A DNA stretch of 64,000 bases from an uncultured delta proteobacterium (GTDB lineage: Bacteria; Desulfobacterota; Desulfobacteria; Desulfobacterales; UBA2156). Of the stretch, positions 19,624 to 30,197 are shown in pieces. The stretch is taken from contig CAVTQK010000013.1 of the NCBI GenBank assembly GCA_963736855.1, forward strand, positions 64,001-128,000. The letters are read 5' to 3'. A program made the position numbers and the translations under genes. The number at the start of each line of letters is the position of its first letter. Position 1 is the first letter of the stretch. The notes under the pieces were generated by a model that had not been told where the DNA came from, ran no database searches, and saw nothing but the letters and a program-made list of their open reading frames with translations.

Positions 19624-21579
19624 TCAATCCTCCTGCAGTTCCCTCAGCCCGGCATAGAAGTCGAGGGCTTCCGGATTTCTCAGCGCATCCTTATTGAGAA
19701 CCGGCTGGCCGTGGACCGTTTTTCTGACTGCGAGTTCCACTTTTTTCATATTCAGGGTATAGGGGATGTCCGGTACCGCCAGGATCTTGGCAGGAACATG
19801 CCGCGGCGATGCGTTCGTTCGGATGGTCTTTTTGATCTTGTCCTTCAGCGCATCGGTCAATTCGAACTTCGGTGCCAGCTTGACGAACAGGATGACCCGC
19901 ACATCATTTTTCCAGTTTTGTCCCACCACGATGCTGTCCTCGATTTCCTCCAACTGTTCCACCTGGCGGTAGATCTCGGCTGTTCCGATGCGCACCCCGC
20001 CTGGATTCAATGTGGCATCGGATCGTCCATATATAACCACTCCGCCGTATTCGGTGATCTCGATGTAGTCCCCGTGGCGCCAGATACCGGGATACACGTC
20101 AAAATAGGCGTCATGATACTTTTTCCCGTCCGGATCTTCCCAGAAATAGATGGGCATGGAGGGAAACGCCGCTGTGCAGACCAGTTCCCCCTGCCGGTTG
20201 ATGACCGGCTTCCCCTGTTCGTCGAAGGCTTCCACCTTCATCGCCAACCCCCTGCACTGGAGTTCACCCGCATAGACCGGACCCATGGGATTGCCGAGGG
20301 CAAAACACCCGTTCAAATCGGTGCCGCCCGAGATGGAAGCCAGTTGGAGGTCCGACTTGATATCCCGGTACACAAACTCGAACCCTTCCACGGAAAGAGG
20401 CGACCCGGTGGAAAGGATCGTCCGCAAAGAAGAGAGATCGCATTCACGTTCCGGCTTGACCCCGGCGTTCTGGAGAGCGGCAAGGTATCCCGCGCTGGTT
20501 CCGAAGATCGTGATCTTTTCATCCTCGGCCATCTCCCAAAGGGTCCCCGGGTGAGGATGAAACGGATTTCCGTCAAAAAGCACCAGGCTGGCCCCTAGGG
20601 CAAGGGAACTGTTCAGCCAGTTCCACATCATCCATCCGCAGGTGGTAAAATAGAAAATAGTGTCCTGACGCTTCAAATCAGTGTGCAGCATCAGCTCCTT
20701 GATGTGGTGGATGAGGATCCCTCCGGCGCTTTGCACCATGCACTTGGGAAGTCCGGTGGTCCCGGAAGAATACATGATGTACAAGGGGTGCTCGAAGGGC
20801 ATTTGCTCAAAGGCAATTTCCAGGTTGTTCCCGGCAGACTTGAAATCGGCGTAATGGACGCTATTGGGAACGTGATGGATCTTTGGGTTTTCCTGGGTAT
20901 ACGGCACCACCACGACCCTTTCAACGGAAGGCAGCGACTTCATGATCTCTGCGATCCTTTCCAGGGAGTCGATCCGGTTCCCCTTGAAAGAATAGCCGTC
21001 TGCGGTGAAGAGCACTTTGGGTTTGATCTGTCCGAACCGATCCAAAACCCCTTTGATGCCGAAATCGGGGGAACAAGACGACCAGACAGCCCCAAGACTG
21101 GCGGCAGCGAGCATGGCGATGGTGGAATGAGGCATGTTGGGCATAAATCCCACCACCCGATCCCCCGGCCTGACACCGGCTTCCTTCAAGCTGAACGCCA
21201 CCCGGGCCACTTCATCATAGAGTTCGGCATAGGTCATTTTCACGGAAGGCCGGCCTTCTCCCTTGAAGATCAAAGAGGTCCGGTTATCTCGATATCGAAG
21301 CAGATTTTCGGCAAAATTGAGACGCGCTCCGGAAAACCATTGGGCTCCGGGCATCTTCTTGACATCGTCTACCACCCGATCATACGGCTTGGAGGCGATA
21401 ATTCCGGCAAAGTCCCATAAACTCGCCCAGAAAGCCGGAATATGATCGATGGACCACTGATACAGGGCGTTGAAATCGTGGAGATTGTGGCCGAATCGTT
21501 CATTGACGAACTGAATGAACCGATACATGTTGCTGGCCTTCACCCGATCTTCGGTAGGCTTCCATAGCATCTTTCCCAT
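19624..21579 (-). CDS. Acetoacetate--CoA ligase
   Basis: WFSGARLNFAENLL, SCSPDFG, YSSGTTGLPKC, TTCGWMMWNW, SISGGTD, GRSDATLNPGGVRIGTAEIY. Confidence 0.93.
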   Translation of the reverse strand: MGKMLWKPTEDRVKASNMYRFIQFVNERFGHNLHDFNALYQWSIDHIPAFWASLWDFAGIIASKPYDRVVDDVKKMPGAQWFSGARLNFAENLLRYRDNRTSLIFKGEGRPSVKMTYAELYDEVARVAFSLKEAGVRPGDRVVGFMPNMPHSTIAMLAAASLGAVWSSCSPDFGIKGVLDRFGQIKPKVLFTADGYSFKGNRIDSLERIAEIMKSLPSVERVVVVPYTQENPKIHHVPNSVHYADFKSAGNNLEIAFEQMPFEHPLYIMYSSGTTGLPKCMVQSAGGILIHHIKELMLHTDLKRQDTIFYFTTCGWMMWNWLNSSLALGASLVLFDGNPFHPHPGTLWEMAEDEKITIFGTSAGYLAALQNAGVKPERECDLSSLRTILSTGSPLSVEGFEFVYRDIKSDLQLASISGGTDLNGCFALGNPMGPVYAGELQCRGLAMKVEAFDEQGKPVINRQGELVCTAAFPSMPIYFWEDPDGKKYHDAYFDVYPGIWRHGDYIEITEYGGVVIYGRSDATLNPGGVRIGTAEIYRQVEQLEEIEDSIVVGQNWKNDVRVILFVKLAPKFELTDALKDKIKKTIRTNASPRHVPAKILAVPDIPYTLNMKKVELAVRKTVHGQPVLNKDALRNPEALDFYAGLRELQED

Positions 21580-21757
21580 GGGAGTTTTCCTTGCTATTTC
21601 TTTTTTCCGGCTCTTATTTTCTTCTCTTTTTCTAAGAAGCTATTTGTGTGGACTATAGGTAATAAAAACCTGAAAAGTCAAATTAAAAGGCCTGCGGACA
21701 TTGTCGGTTTAATGGTTTTTACGTCTTGAAAACAAAGCTGAAAAACGATCTGCGGGT

Positions 21758-23008
21758 TTAGGAGGTTGCGTGTTTCCCCGGACCTCGGGAAGTCAGACGA
21801 TTGATAAAAAACGGACCGGTTGCGCATCCGGCCGCCATGACGATAAAGCCCAGTCCCCAGGCCAAAACGCCTCCGTTGAACAAATCCAGCACCGGTCCGA
21901 TGGAAAGGGGCCCGAGAAAAGCCGCACCGAACCCCAACGTGGAATGAACGGCAAGAGTAGCACCCCGGTAATTTTTCGGCGCCGCCCCGACGGCCCCGGC
22001 GGTCAGGGAGGCGGAATCGGCGGTCACGGTAATACCATAAAGCATCGCCAAAAAGACTACGAATAAATAGGGCATCGCGGCCGTAAACCCGATGCAAGCG
22101 CCGAGAAGGGCCGATATGATCATCACGCCTTTGACTACTCTCGGCCTCCCGAGCCGCCGCGCCAGCTCATTTCCGCCTATGCTGGCCGGAAGCCCGATGA
22201 GGTTGACCCAAAAGGCAACCTGAGTGGGACTCAATATCCACATCCCCCGAGGTTGTAATTTGACGGAAAAGACCAGAAATGCCACGATCCAAGAACGGAG
22301 AGAAAACAGTTCCCACATGTGGGCGGCATACGCCAGCACATAGGCCATAGCCGGCCGGCACCGAAGAACCACCCCGAAGTCTTTGAAGAGGGCTCTCTCT
22401 TTTTGTCTGCTGACCCTTGCCCCGGGTACATAGAAAAGGAGAATAACCATGGCCAGGGCAGTGGTCCCGGCAGAAGCGGCGAAGGCTGCCCGCCATCCGA
22501 AAGCGGCGTTGATTTCGCCTGCCATCAGGTACGACAGGCTCGCCCCGATGCTGAAGCTGGCGGTGTAAAACGAGACAAACCGGCTCTGGAGTTCTCCTTC
22601 CGTATGATCGCTGACCACCTTGAGCCCCGGCATGTAGATACCGGCGAGGCTCCCACCTGCCAAAACCCGGAGCAAAAGAGCGGACCAGAAACCGGAGGCA
22701 AGGACGGAATATCCCATAGCCGTCAGAATCCCGAGAAACGTTCCCGCGCCCATGACTTTACGGGCGTCCAGCCGGTCCGTGATACCGGCCAAAACCGGCA
22801 CGGAAAGCATGTACCCCCCATAGTACGCTGCGCTGATCCACCCGGCCTCCGTGTGGCTTAAATTCCACAAACTTTGAAAATCCGGTAGAAGCGCCGGAAA
22901 AGTGGCAATCGGAGCTAAACCGAGAATCTCTGCCAGGCATACCAGGAAGGTGACGCCGTAGGGGGATGTGGTTTTCATCCTCCGGTTCATTAGCGGCATG
23001 TGGTCCAA
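21758..23008 (-). CDS. MFS transporter
   Basis: About 12 hydrophobic segments; GITDRLDARKV motif A; YMPGLK; HMWELF. Confidence 0.88.
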   Translation of the reverse strand: MDHMPLMNRRMKTTSPYGVTFLVCLAEILGLAPIATFPALLPDFQSLWNLSHTEAGWISAAYYGGYMLSVPVLAGITDRLDARKVMGAGTFLGILTAMGYSVLASGFWSALLLRVLAGGSLAGIYMPGLKVVSDHTEGELQSRFVSFYTASFSIGASLSYLMAGEINAAFGWRAAFAASAGTTALAMVILLFYVPGARVSRQKERALFKDFGVVLRCRPAMAYVLAYAAHMWELFSLRSWIVAFLVFSVKLQPRGMWILSPTQVAFWVNLIGLPASIGGNELARRLGRPRVVKGVMIISALLGACIGFTAAMPYLFVVFLAMLYGITVTADSASLTAGAVGAAPKNYRGATLAVHSTLGFGAAFLGPLSIGPVLDLFNGGVLAWGLGFIVMAAGCATGPFFINRLTSRGPGKHATS

Positions 23009-23172
23009 ATGGCAAGCTGAAAAGAGGCGGGATCATTCCAATGACGGAAAATTTTAGAGAAGAAAAAGCCGGCCCCCGCTTTCCCTTGGGCACAAGGTCA
23101 ATAACACAGGTGACGGGAACCGGCTTGCATCCTCTCCGCATCAAACGGGATTTGATCCAAACCGGCCTGGCA

Positions 23173-23625
23173 CTATGAAGATCGGAAAGGGTTGATCAAC
23201 AGGACCGGCACAGGGGAGTCCTGTGAGACACGACGGGCCACGGAGCCGAATAGCACTCTGTTGAGCCCTTTTCTTCCGTGGGTCCCCATGATGACCAGAT
23301 CAATCCCTTTTGCCTCGATGTACTTCAGGATCTCGTCCGCACAGTATCCCGTGACCACCTCGACGCCGACCTCTTTAAGGTTCGAAAAATAGGTTTGTCG
23401 AAACTCCTCGAGCTGCTTTTTCGCTGCCTCCGAAATCTCCTTTTCAAACAGGTCCAGGGAAGGATGGGGAATATAGCTGCTCTCAAAGTATTCGAATACT
23501 CGGGCAATATGCAACAAATTGACTCTTGCCTCGAATTTTTGCGCCATGGTGATCACATAGGGAACGACCTTTATCGAGGCCTCGGAAAGATCTACCGGGA
23601 AAAGCATCTTTTTGAAACCTTTCAT
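23173..23625 (-). CDS. Universal stress protein
   Basis: FPVDLSEAS, DLVIMGTHGRKGL.RVLFGSVA..V...SPVPVL. Confidence 0.93.
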   Translation of the reverse strand: MKGFKKMLFPVDLSEASIKVVPYVITMAQKFEARVNLLHIARVFEYFESSYIPHPSLDLFEKEISEAAKKQLEEFRQTYFSNLKEVGVEVVTGYCADEILKYIEAKGIDLVIMGTHGRKGLNRVLFGSVARRVSQDSPVPVLLINPFRSS

Positions 23626-23674
23626 CTTTTTCCTCCTTTGACCCTGGATGTAAGGTTGAACTCGTGTTGCGGCA

Positions 23675-24115
23675 TCATTTGATCTTAATTTCAGCGGCTT
23701 TGGGTTTTACCTCTCGGCTCTTGGGTACCTGCAGGTTTAATATCCCGTCTTTAAACGACGCCTCTATCTTGGTATCGTCCACATTCTCCGGAAGTGTAAA
23801 GCTTCTGGTAAAACTGCCGTAGAAGCGTTCGATACGGTGATATTTCTTCCCTTTTTCCTCTTTTTCCTGTTTTCTTTCTCCCCGAATGGTTAAAACGCCG
23901 TTATCCACGGTCACCTTGACGTCTTCCTTTTTCACCTCCGGGATTTCGGCTTTGATGACAAATTCCTTTTCGGTCTCCGCGATATCCACCCGCGGCGTCC
24001 AGTCTCCGGTGGTCATAACCTCTTGACTTGCCTGCCTCGGCCATCCGACGGCTTTGGTGTATCGATCCACCATGTCTTCGATTTCACGAAACGGATCCCA
24101 TTTTACGATTGCCAT
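23675..24115 (-). CDS. Hsp20/alpha-crystallin small heat shock protein
   Basis: PRVDIAETEKEF, IERFYGSFTRSFTLP, ASFKDGIL. Confidence 0.95.
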   Translation of the reverse strand: MAIVKWDPFREIEDMVDRYTKAVGWPRQASQEVMTTGDWTPRVDIAETEKEFVIKAEIPEVKKEDVKVTVDNGVLTIRGERKQEKEEKGKKYHRIERFYGSFTRSFTLPENVDDTKIEASFKDGILNLQVPKSREVKPKAAEIKIK

Positions 24116-24130
24116 GCTGTACCTCCTTTT

Positions 24131-24352
24131 CTATAGGATTTTTTCCTGACTGTTTCGATTCAGCCTGGCAGCCTCTTTGAAACAGGCCTCCCTGAAACAA
24201 CAGCCGAACTGGTCGCAAAAATCGACTACCGTTGCAAAACAGTCGAAGTGTCCCTGCTTTCGTTGGATCTCCCTTACCAGGACCACTTTGGATTTGCCGA
24301 AGGCATTGATGCCAACGTCCTTTGCCATCTTTCGGATTTCATTCATGTTCAT
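24131..24352 (-). CDS. Small SAP-like / Cys-rich protein
   Basis: MNMNEIRKMAK..GI...SKVVLVREIQRKQGHFDCFAT...CDQFGCCFREAC. Confidence 0.75.
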   Translation of the reverse strand: MNMNEIRKMAKDVGINAFGKSKVVLVREIQRKQGHFDCFATVVDFCDQFGCCFREACFKEAARLNRNSQEKIL

Positions 24353-24456
24353 GTTTTTTACTCCGGGTCAAAAAATTTTAAGATCCGTTGCGGGTGGGTT
24401 TGCTGAAATGTACCAATTTTTTTATCATCTGAACGATTGGTCTTACACCACAAATA

Positions 24457-24472
24457 AGCAAAACGGATGCCA
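24457..24472 (-). promoter_or_regulatory. Sigma-54 (-24/-12) promoter for the SAP-hsp20-usp genes
   Basis: Minus strand TGGCATCCGTTTTGCT = GG-N10-GC, ~105 bp upstream of ATG 24352; AT-rich upstream region. Confidence 0.7.
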
Positions 24473-24847
24473 AACTTACTATTCTCAATTATATCGAATA
24501 GATATTAAAAAAGAGAGGGCTTAGAATATCCGAATAATAAGACATAATGAAATATATTGAATGACTCAAAATAATACATTATGACACAATTATTAGGAAA
24601 AACGAGGAATTTAAAAATCAGATCCTGATAAATATTACAATAAGTATGAATAAAGAAAAATCAACCAACTCTTGCTCATTGTATGGATGGCATAATCGCT
24701 TCGTTTCATACAAGGTCCTAATATAGCAGCTCAGACACTGAATTGAATATCCGGTTTGCCCTTGCACCCCCCAGTCAATTATGCAATCAAAAGCACATAT
24801 CATCGCTTTCAGAATATCCAAAACCGCCTCCGGAAAGGAGCATATTC

Positions 24848-25882
24848 ATGCAACTTATCGATCTGCGATCGGATACCGTCACCCTGCCTACACCAAGCAT
24901 GCGGCAAGCCATGTTCAGCGCCGAGGTCGGGGATGATGTCTTTGGAGAGGATCCGACGATCAAACGCCTGGAAGAAATGGCCGCCCGCAGAATGGGGAAA
25001 GAGGCGGCGCTCTTTGTGGCTTCCGGAACCATGGCCAACATCATCTCCCAGTTGGTCCACTGCGGACGCGGAGATGAAATGATCCTGGGGGACCAGGCCC
25101 ACATCTTCTGGTACGAGCAGGGCGGTTCGGCGGCCTTGGGGGGGATTCATCCCCGAACGGTGAAAAATCAACGGGATGGTACCCTGGCTCTGGAGGACAT
25201 CGAAGCAGCCATCCGCCCCGATAACGTGCATTTCCCCAGAACTCGCCTGATCGTGCTGGAGAACACCCACAACCGGTGTGATGGCAGCCCCATCGGCCCG
25301 GATTATATGGAAGCGGTGGCAGATCTTGCCCGGCGTTTTGACCTGAAAATCCACATGGACGGCGCCCGGATTTTCAATGCCGCCATTGCCCTGGGAGTCG
25401 ACCCCAAGGACCTGACCCGGTACGCCGACTCCGTCTCATTTTGTCTTAGCAAAGGGCTGGGGGCCCCTGCCGGCTCTCTGATCTGCGGGTCAAACACCTT
25501 CATCACCCAGGCAAGGCGGGTAAGGAAAGTGCTTGGGGGAGGCATGCGGCAGGCCGGGGTCCTGGCGGCAGCCGGTATCATCGCTTTGACGGAGATGGTG
25601 GACCGCCTGGCAGACGACCACGAAAATGCCCACGCTCTAGCAGTGGGTTTGTCCCGAATCAATGGAATCTCCATCGATCCTGAGCGGATTAAAACGAATA
25701 TCGTCTATTTCGGGATCATCCAGAAGGATTTGTCCCCGCTTCAGGTTTGCGAGAAACTGAATGCCGCCGGGGTCCGGGTCCTTCCCGCCGACTCCCGCCG
25801 ACTTAGGGCAGTCACCCATTACCCCATCACAAAAGCAGACATCGAGGCCGCCCTGGAAGCCGTCGCTTCAGTCATGAACTAG
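24848..25882 (+). CDS. ltaE: Low-specificity L-threonine aldolase
   Basis: IDLRSDTVTLPT, GDDVFGEDPT, SGTMAN, LENTHN, HMDGARIFNA, CLSKGLGAPAGS, GGGMRQAG. Confidence 0.95.
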   Translation: MQLIDLRSDTVTLPTPSMRQAMFSAEVGDDVFGEDPTIKRLEEMAARRMGKEAALFVASGTMANIISQLVHCGRGDEMILGDQAHIFWYEQGGSAALGGIHPRTVKNQRDGTLALEDIEAAIRPDNVHFPRTRLIVLENTHNRCDGSPIGPDYMEAVADLARRFDLKIHMDGARIFNAAIALGVDPKDLTRYADSVSFCLSKGLGAPAGSLICGSNTFITQARRVRKVLGGGMRQAGVLAAAGIIALTEMVDRLADDHENAHALAVGLSRINGISIDPERIKTNIVYFGIIQKDLSPLQVCEKLNAAGVRVLPADSRRLRAVTHYPITKADIEAALEAVASVMN

Positions 25883-27135
25883 TGCTTGAAACTGCGCTGG
25901 CCTGTAAAGACCATGGTGACGTTCGCCTCGTTGCACGCCTCGATGGATTGGTAGTCGTTTTCCGAACCTCCCGGCTGAATTACGCAGGAAATCCCTTCCC
26001 GGATCCCTACATCCACACCGTCCCTGAACGGAAAAAAAGCATCGCTCACCATGGCCGAACCGATCAGCCCCCCTTTTTCCCGGGCTACCTTGGTGTCGAT
26101 TTCCGCTTTCTTTTCAGGGTCCTTGAGATCGTTGTAAGGTATTTTAAACATCTCAAAAGCGTACCGGTCGGCAAGCTTTCGATAGGCCTTATCCCGGGCG
26201 ATCTCCGCCACGCCCACACGATCCTGTTCACCGGTTCCGATCCCCACGGTCACCTGATCTTTCACATAGAGGACTGAGTTGGAAGTCACCCCGGCTTCCA
26301 CCAACCACCCGAAAAGCATGTCATCGAACTCCTGCTGGGTGGGCTCGCGTCTGATCCGGTAGGTTTTTCCTTTGTAATCGCAGGATGCCAGGGTCAGATC
26401 TTCCTTTGCCCGGGCCTTTGGAAGATAGGACCATTGGGTGATTATGCCGCCGTCCATGAGGCATTTGAACTCCACGGTTCGTGCATTTGCAAAATCGGCC
26501 AGACCCGCCATATTCGCAATCCGGATTACCCTCAAGTTCTTCTTTTTTCCGAAAAGACCCATGACACCCGCTTCAAAATCAGGAGCCACGACGACTTCCG
26601 CATACTGATTGAAGATCGCCTCCGCGGTTACCCGGTCCACCGGCCGGTTGAGGGCGATACACCCCCCGAAAGCAGCCACCCGATCCGCAAGATTCGCCTT
26701 GATGTATGCCTCTTCCAGGGAATCGGCCCGGGCCACCCCGCATGGGTTGTTGTGCTTGACGATGACCGCCGTTGGCCGGTCCATAAAATACCGCAGGATG
26801 TTGAGAGCATTATCCGCATCCGTTAGGTTGGTCTTTCCGGGGTGCTTTCCGGACTGCAGCAACTCCGGGTCGGAGGCGAGATACCGTCCGGGCTGAAGGG
26901 TTTGGGCATCCCCCAGTACCAGATTCCCATGGATGAGTTTATAAAGGGCGGCCTCCTGTCCCGGATTTTCACCGTATCTCAACCCCTTCTTCTCTCCCTC
27001 GATGGTCCATCCCACCTTTTCATAAACCAGTTTCTGGGTTTTTTGGTCGTCAATGAAGCGAATCTCCATTTTTTCGGGAAAATGATCCCCCAGGATGGTC
27101 TTGTACATCTTTTTCAGATCATCAGGCATATTCAT
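25879..27135 (-). CDS. PurH-related AICAR transformylase-domain protein (no N-terminal MGS/IMPCH domain)
   Basis: LRYGENPGQEA, VKHNNPCGVA, AFGGCIALNR, SNSV, SDAFFPFRDG, IQPGGS..D, FTGQRSFKH. Confidence 0.88.
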   Translation of the reverse strand: MNMPDDLKKMYKTILGDHFPEKMEIRFIDDQKTQKLVYEKVGWTIEGEKKGLRYGENPGQEAALYKLIHGNLVLGDAQTLQPGRYLASDPELLQSGKHPGKTNLTDADNALNILRYFMDRPTAVIVKHNNPCGVARADSLEEAYIKANLADRVAAFGGCIALNRPVDRVTAEAIFNQYAEVVVAPDFEAGVMGLFGKKKNLRVIRIANMAGLADFANARTVEFKCLMDGGIITQWSYLPKARAKEDLTLASCDYKGKTYRIRREPTQQEFDDMLFGWLVEAGVTSNSVLYVKDQVTVGIGTGEQDRVGVAEIARDKAYRKLADRYAFEMFKIPYNDLKDPEKKAEIDTKVAREKGGLIGSAMVSDAFFPFRDGVDVGIREGISCVIQPGGSENDYQSIEACNEANVTMVFTGQRSFKH

Positions 27136-27153
27136 CTCCTTCTAAGAATAAGG

Positions 27154-28131
27154 TTATGGAATGAGGATCGTGGATCCTGTAGTTTTTCGGCTTTCAAGAT
27201 CCGCATGGGCTCTGGCAACCTTCTCGAGAGGATAGGCTTGACCGATATTGATATGAACCGCGCCGCTTTGCACCACTGCAAAAAGATCCCGGGCGTGGGC
27301 AAGCAAGTCCTCCCGTTTCTGGGTATAGGTCATAAGGGTGGGACGAGTCAAAAAAAGGGACCCTTTGGCGGCAAGAATCGATATATCAAAAGGACCGATT
27401 GCCCCGGAGGCCTGCCCGAAGGAAACCATCGTCCCCAATGGCCGCAGGCAGTCGAGGGACTTGTAGAAGGTGGACTTGCCGATGCCGTCATAGACCACGT
27501 CCACTCCCTGCCCGTTCGTGATCTCTCTGGTGCGATCCGCAAAATCCTCCTTCGTGTAAACAATGGGAAAGTCGCATCCGCACTCCTTGGCCCGTTCGGC
27601 CTTTTCCCCGGACCCCACCGTTCCGATGACCGTCGCCCCTAAATGCTTGGCCCACTGACAGACGAGCTGTCCTACGCCGCCGGCTGCGGCATGCATGAGG
27701 ATCCGGTCTCCTGCCTTGACCGGGTAACACCCCTTTAAAAGATATCTTGCCGTCATCCCCCGCAGCATCATGCCGGCTGCCTGGCGGGCGGGAATTGCAT
27801 CCGGAAGTTTAACTAGCCGATGAGAAGGGATGCGCCGAACCTCGGCGTAAGCACCCAGAGGCATGCCCGCATAGGCCACACGATCCCCCGGGGCAACCTC
27901 TTGAACGCCTTCGCCCACCGCCTCCACAATACCGGCCCCCTCCATGCCGAGGATGGCGGGCAACCCCGGAACCGGATAAAGGCCGGTTCGATGATAGATA
28001 TCGATGAAATTTACCCCGATGGCTTCATGACGCACCAGGGCCTCGCCTGCCTGCGGCGGGCCCGGATCATCGGTTTGAAGATGCATCACCTCCGGGCCTC
28101 CGGGTTGCCGGATCCAAATTGCTTTACCCAT
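27154..28131 (-). CDS. qor: NADPH:quinone oxidoreductase
   Basis: AIGVNFIDIYHRTGLY, LGMEGAG, HAAAGGVG, SFGQASG, SLFLTRP, RKTTGS. Confidence 0.92.
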   Translation of the reverse strand: MGKAIWIRQPGGPEVMHLQTDDPGPPQAGEALVRHEAIGVNFIDIYHRTGLYPVPGLPAILGMEGAGIVEAVGEGVQEVAPGDRVAYAGMPLGAYAEVRRIPSHRLVKLPDAIPARQAAGMMLRGMTARYLLKGCYPVKAGDRILMHAAAGGVGQLVCQWAKHLGATVIGTVGSGEKAERAKECGCDFPIVYTKEDFADRTREITNGQGVDVVYDGIGKSTFYKSLDCLRPLGTMVSFGQASGAIGPFDISILAAKGSLFLTRPTLMTYTQKREDLLAHARDLFAVVQSGAVHINIGQAYPLEKVARAHADLESRKTTGSTILIP

Positions 28132-28154
28132 CGTGAATCTCCTTCGATCAGATA

Positions 28155-28796
28155 TTACTCTCCATACAGGACCGCAATGATGGTGGCTTTTTCCTTTTTG
28201 GCCGCAATGAAATGAGGCGTGGTGGACAGATAATAGGCGCTGTCGCCGGGAAACAGATCAAAGGTATCCCCTGCAATCTTTAGAGCCACTGCGCCATCGA
28301 GGACATAGATGAACTCCTCTCCCTCGTGCACGGAGATCTCTTCTTCCGGGTTTTCCTCGAGCTGGACGATGAGAGCCTCCATGTGGCGGCCTTTGACTTC
28401 CGGGGCCAGGCTCTTATAGGTATAGACCTTCTTTTTTCCTTTTTGAGATGTGGAGCGGGAAACAATTTTTTGCTCGTCTTTTCGGGTAATGGAATACAGC
28501 TTGCTTCCCACACCCGACACCAACCTTCCGAATGCGCTGTCAAGGGCTTTGGAAAGCTTGATGAGGGTACCTAACTGCGGCTGCAGCTTATCCGACTCGA
28601 TATTGTCTAAAAACTCCGTGTCATAGCCGGTCATCCGGGACAGCTCTTCCAGTGAAAGCCCTTTTTCCTGCCTCAGTGTTCGAATCCGAATTCCGATCTT
28701 TTCCGCCTCTTTGGAGGCTGCACCGGCGATCTCACCGGTCAAATCTTTAAAAAAATCCACGTGGCTGTGGGTTTTATGGTCTTTTTTTTCCATCAT
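28155..28796 (-). CDS. XRE-family HTH + cupin regulator
   Basis: IGIRIRTLRQEKGLSLEELS; HEGEEFIYVLDG...GDSAYY.STTPH. Confidence 0.9.
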   Translation of the reverse strand: MMEKKDHKTHSHVDFFKDLTGEIAGAASKEAEKIGIRIRTLRQEKGLSLEELSRMTGYDTEFLDNIESDKLQPQLGTLIKLSKALDSAFGRLVSGVGSKLYSITRKDEQKIVSRSTSQKGKKKVYTYKSLAPEVKGRHMEALIVQLEENPEEEISVHEGEEFIYVLDGAVALKIAGDTFDLFPGDSAYYLSTTPHFIAAKKEKATIIAVLYGE

Positions 28797-28860
28797 CTTC
28801 TCCTTGCTCCGTTTGATGAAAGCAGAATCGGTTTTAGGATGCAAATGTGCCGTCGATTGC

Positions 28861-30018
28861 CTACATGCACCTTGCTCCGATATGCCGGGCAATGACAATC
28901 CTCTGGACCTCTGACGTTCCTTCACCGATTTCCAGAAGCTTCTGATCCCGGTAAAACCGTTCCACATCATATTCTTTCATGAGCCCGTACCCGCCGTGGA
29001 GCTGCACCGCGTGATTGGCGCACCGGTACATTACCTCAGAACAGTAGAGCTTGGCCATGGCAGCTTCCTTGGCAAAAGGGAGGTGGCTGTCGCACAACCA
29101 ACAGGCCTTATAGAGGAGGAGTCTCGCACATTCGATCTCCGTCGCCATATCGGCCAGCTTGAAGGCATTGACCTGGAAATTGGCGATGGGTCGGCCGAAC
29201 TGCTCCCTCTCGTTGGCATATTTCAATGCCATATCGAGACACCCCTGAGACCCTCCGAGCCCCATGGCCGCAATGGAGAGGCGACCGCCGTCCAGCGTCT
29301 TCATCATCTGGTGGAACCCCTCACCGACGGGTCCCAAAGTATTTTCCACGGGCACCCGACAATCCGTAAAATACAGTTCGCTTGTATTAGATGCGCGCCA
29401 CATCATTTTGCCGTGCATGGGCTTTGCCAGGTATCCCAGAGTTTCCCTTTCTACGAGAATGCAGGTGAGTTCGGGTTTCCCGTCCGGCCTGGTACCGGTC
29501 CGGCACAGAACGGTAACCCCTGCCGTGATGTCGGTTGACGCGTTGGTGATGAAGATTTTGCTCCCATTGATCACCCATTCGTTTCTATCTCTCACGGCCG
29601 TGGTCCGCGTGGCCATAGCATCCGAGCCGGCGTTGGGTTCGGTCAAACCGAAACCCCACAGCGTTTCCCCGCTGCATAGTTTGGGAAGATATTTCCGTTT
29701 TTGTTCTTCATTTCCGAAATAGTAAAGCGGGCTGATACCCAGAGAATTCTCTGCCGCGATGGTGGCGGCATGGGACCCATCCGCCCGGGCGATTTCTTCT
29801 ACGGCGATGATATAGGAAATGTAATCCATGCCCTGTCCGCCGTATTCTTCAGACACAAAAATGCCAAAAAGGCCGAGCTCGGCCATTTTGGCCATGGTTT
29901 CATAGGAAAATTCCTCTTTATCATCCAAAACCCTGGCAACCGGCTTGATCTCCTTTTCGGCGAAGCTACGCACCGATTCCCTCAAGATCTCCTGTTCCGT
30001 GGAAAGTTTAAAATCCAT
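28861..30018 (-). CDS. Acyl-CoA dehydrogenase
   Basis: FGLTEPNAGSDA, NGSKIFITN, LDGGRLSIAAMGLG, REQFGRPI, QLHGGYG, IGEGTSEVQR. Confidence 0.95.
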   Translation of the reverse strand: MDFKLSTEQEILRESVRSFAEKEIKPVARVLDDKEEFSYETMAKMAELGLFGIFVSEEYGGQGMDYISYIIAVEEIARADGSHAATIAAENSLGISPLYYFGNEEQKRKYLPKLCSGETLWGFGLTEPNAGSDAMATRTTAVRDRNEWVINGSKIFITNASTDITAGVTVLCRTGTRPDGKPELTCILVERETLGYLAKPMHGKMMWRASNTSELYFTDCRVPVENTLGPVGEGFHQMMKTLDGGRLSIAAMGLGGSQGCLDMALKYANEREQFGRPIANFQVNAFKLADMATEIECARLLLYKACWLCDSHLPFAKEAAMAKLYCSEVMYRCANHAVQLHGGYGLMKEYDVERFYRDQKLLEIGEGTSEVQRIVIARHIGARCM

Positions 30019-30197
30019 AATCTCCCCTCAGATCCGTTTTGATTTCATCCCGGCATCCGTCGCTCTGTCTTCGCGTAACTTAACCCGGATTCGACGTTTT
30101 TAAAAAAAGGTAAGTGTGCTATGATACGAAATTGTACTGTATCTATAAAAGAGGTCCTCGGTTGTCAAATCAAAACCCGGAATGAACGGGGGATGTA

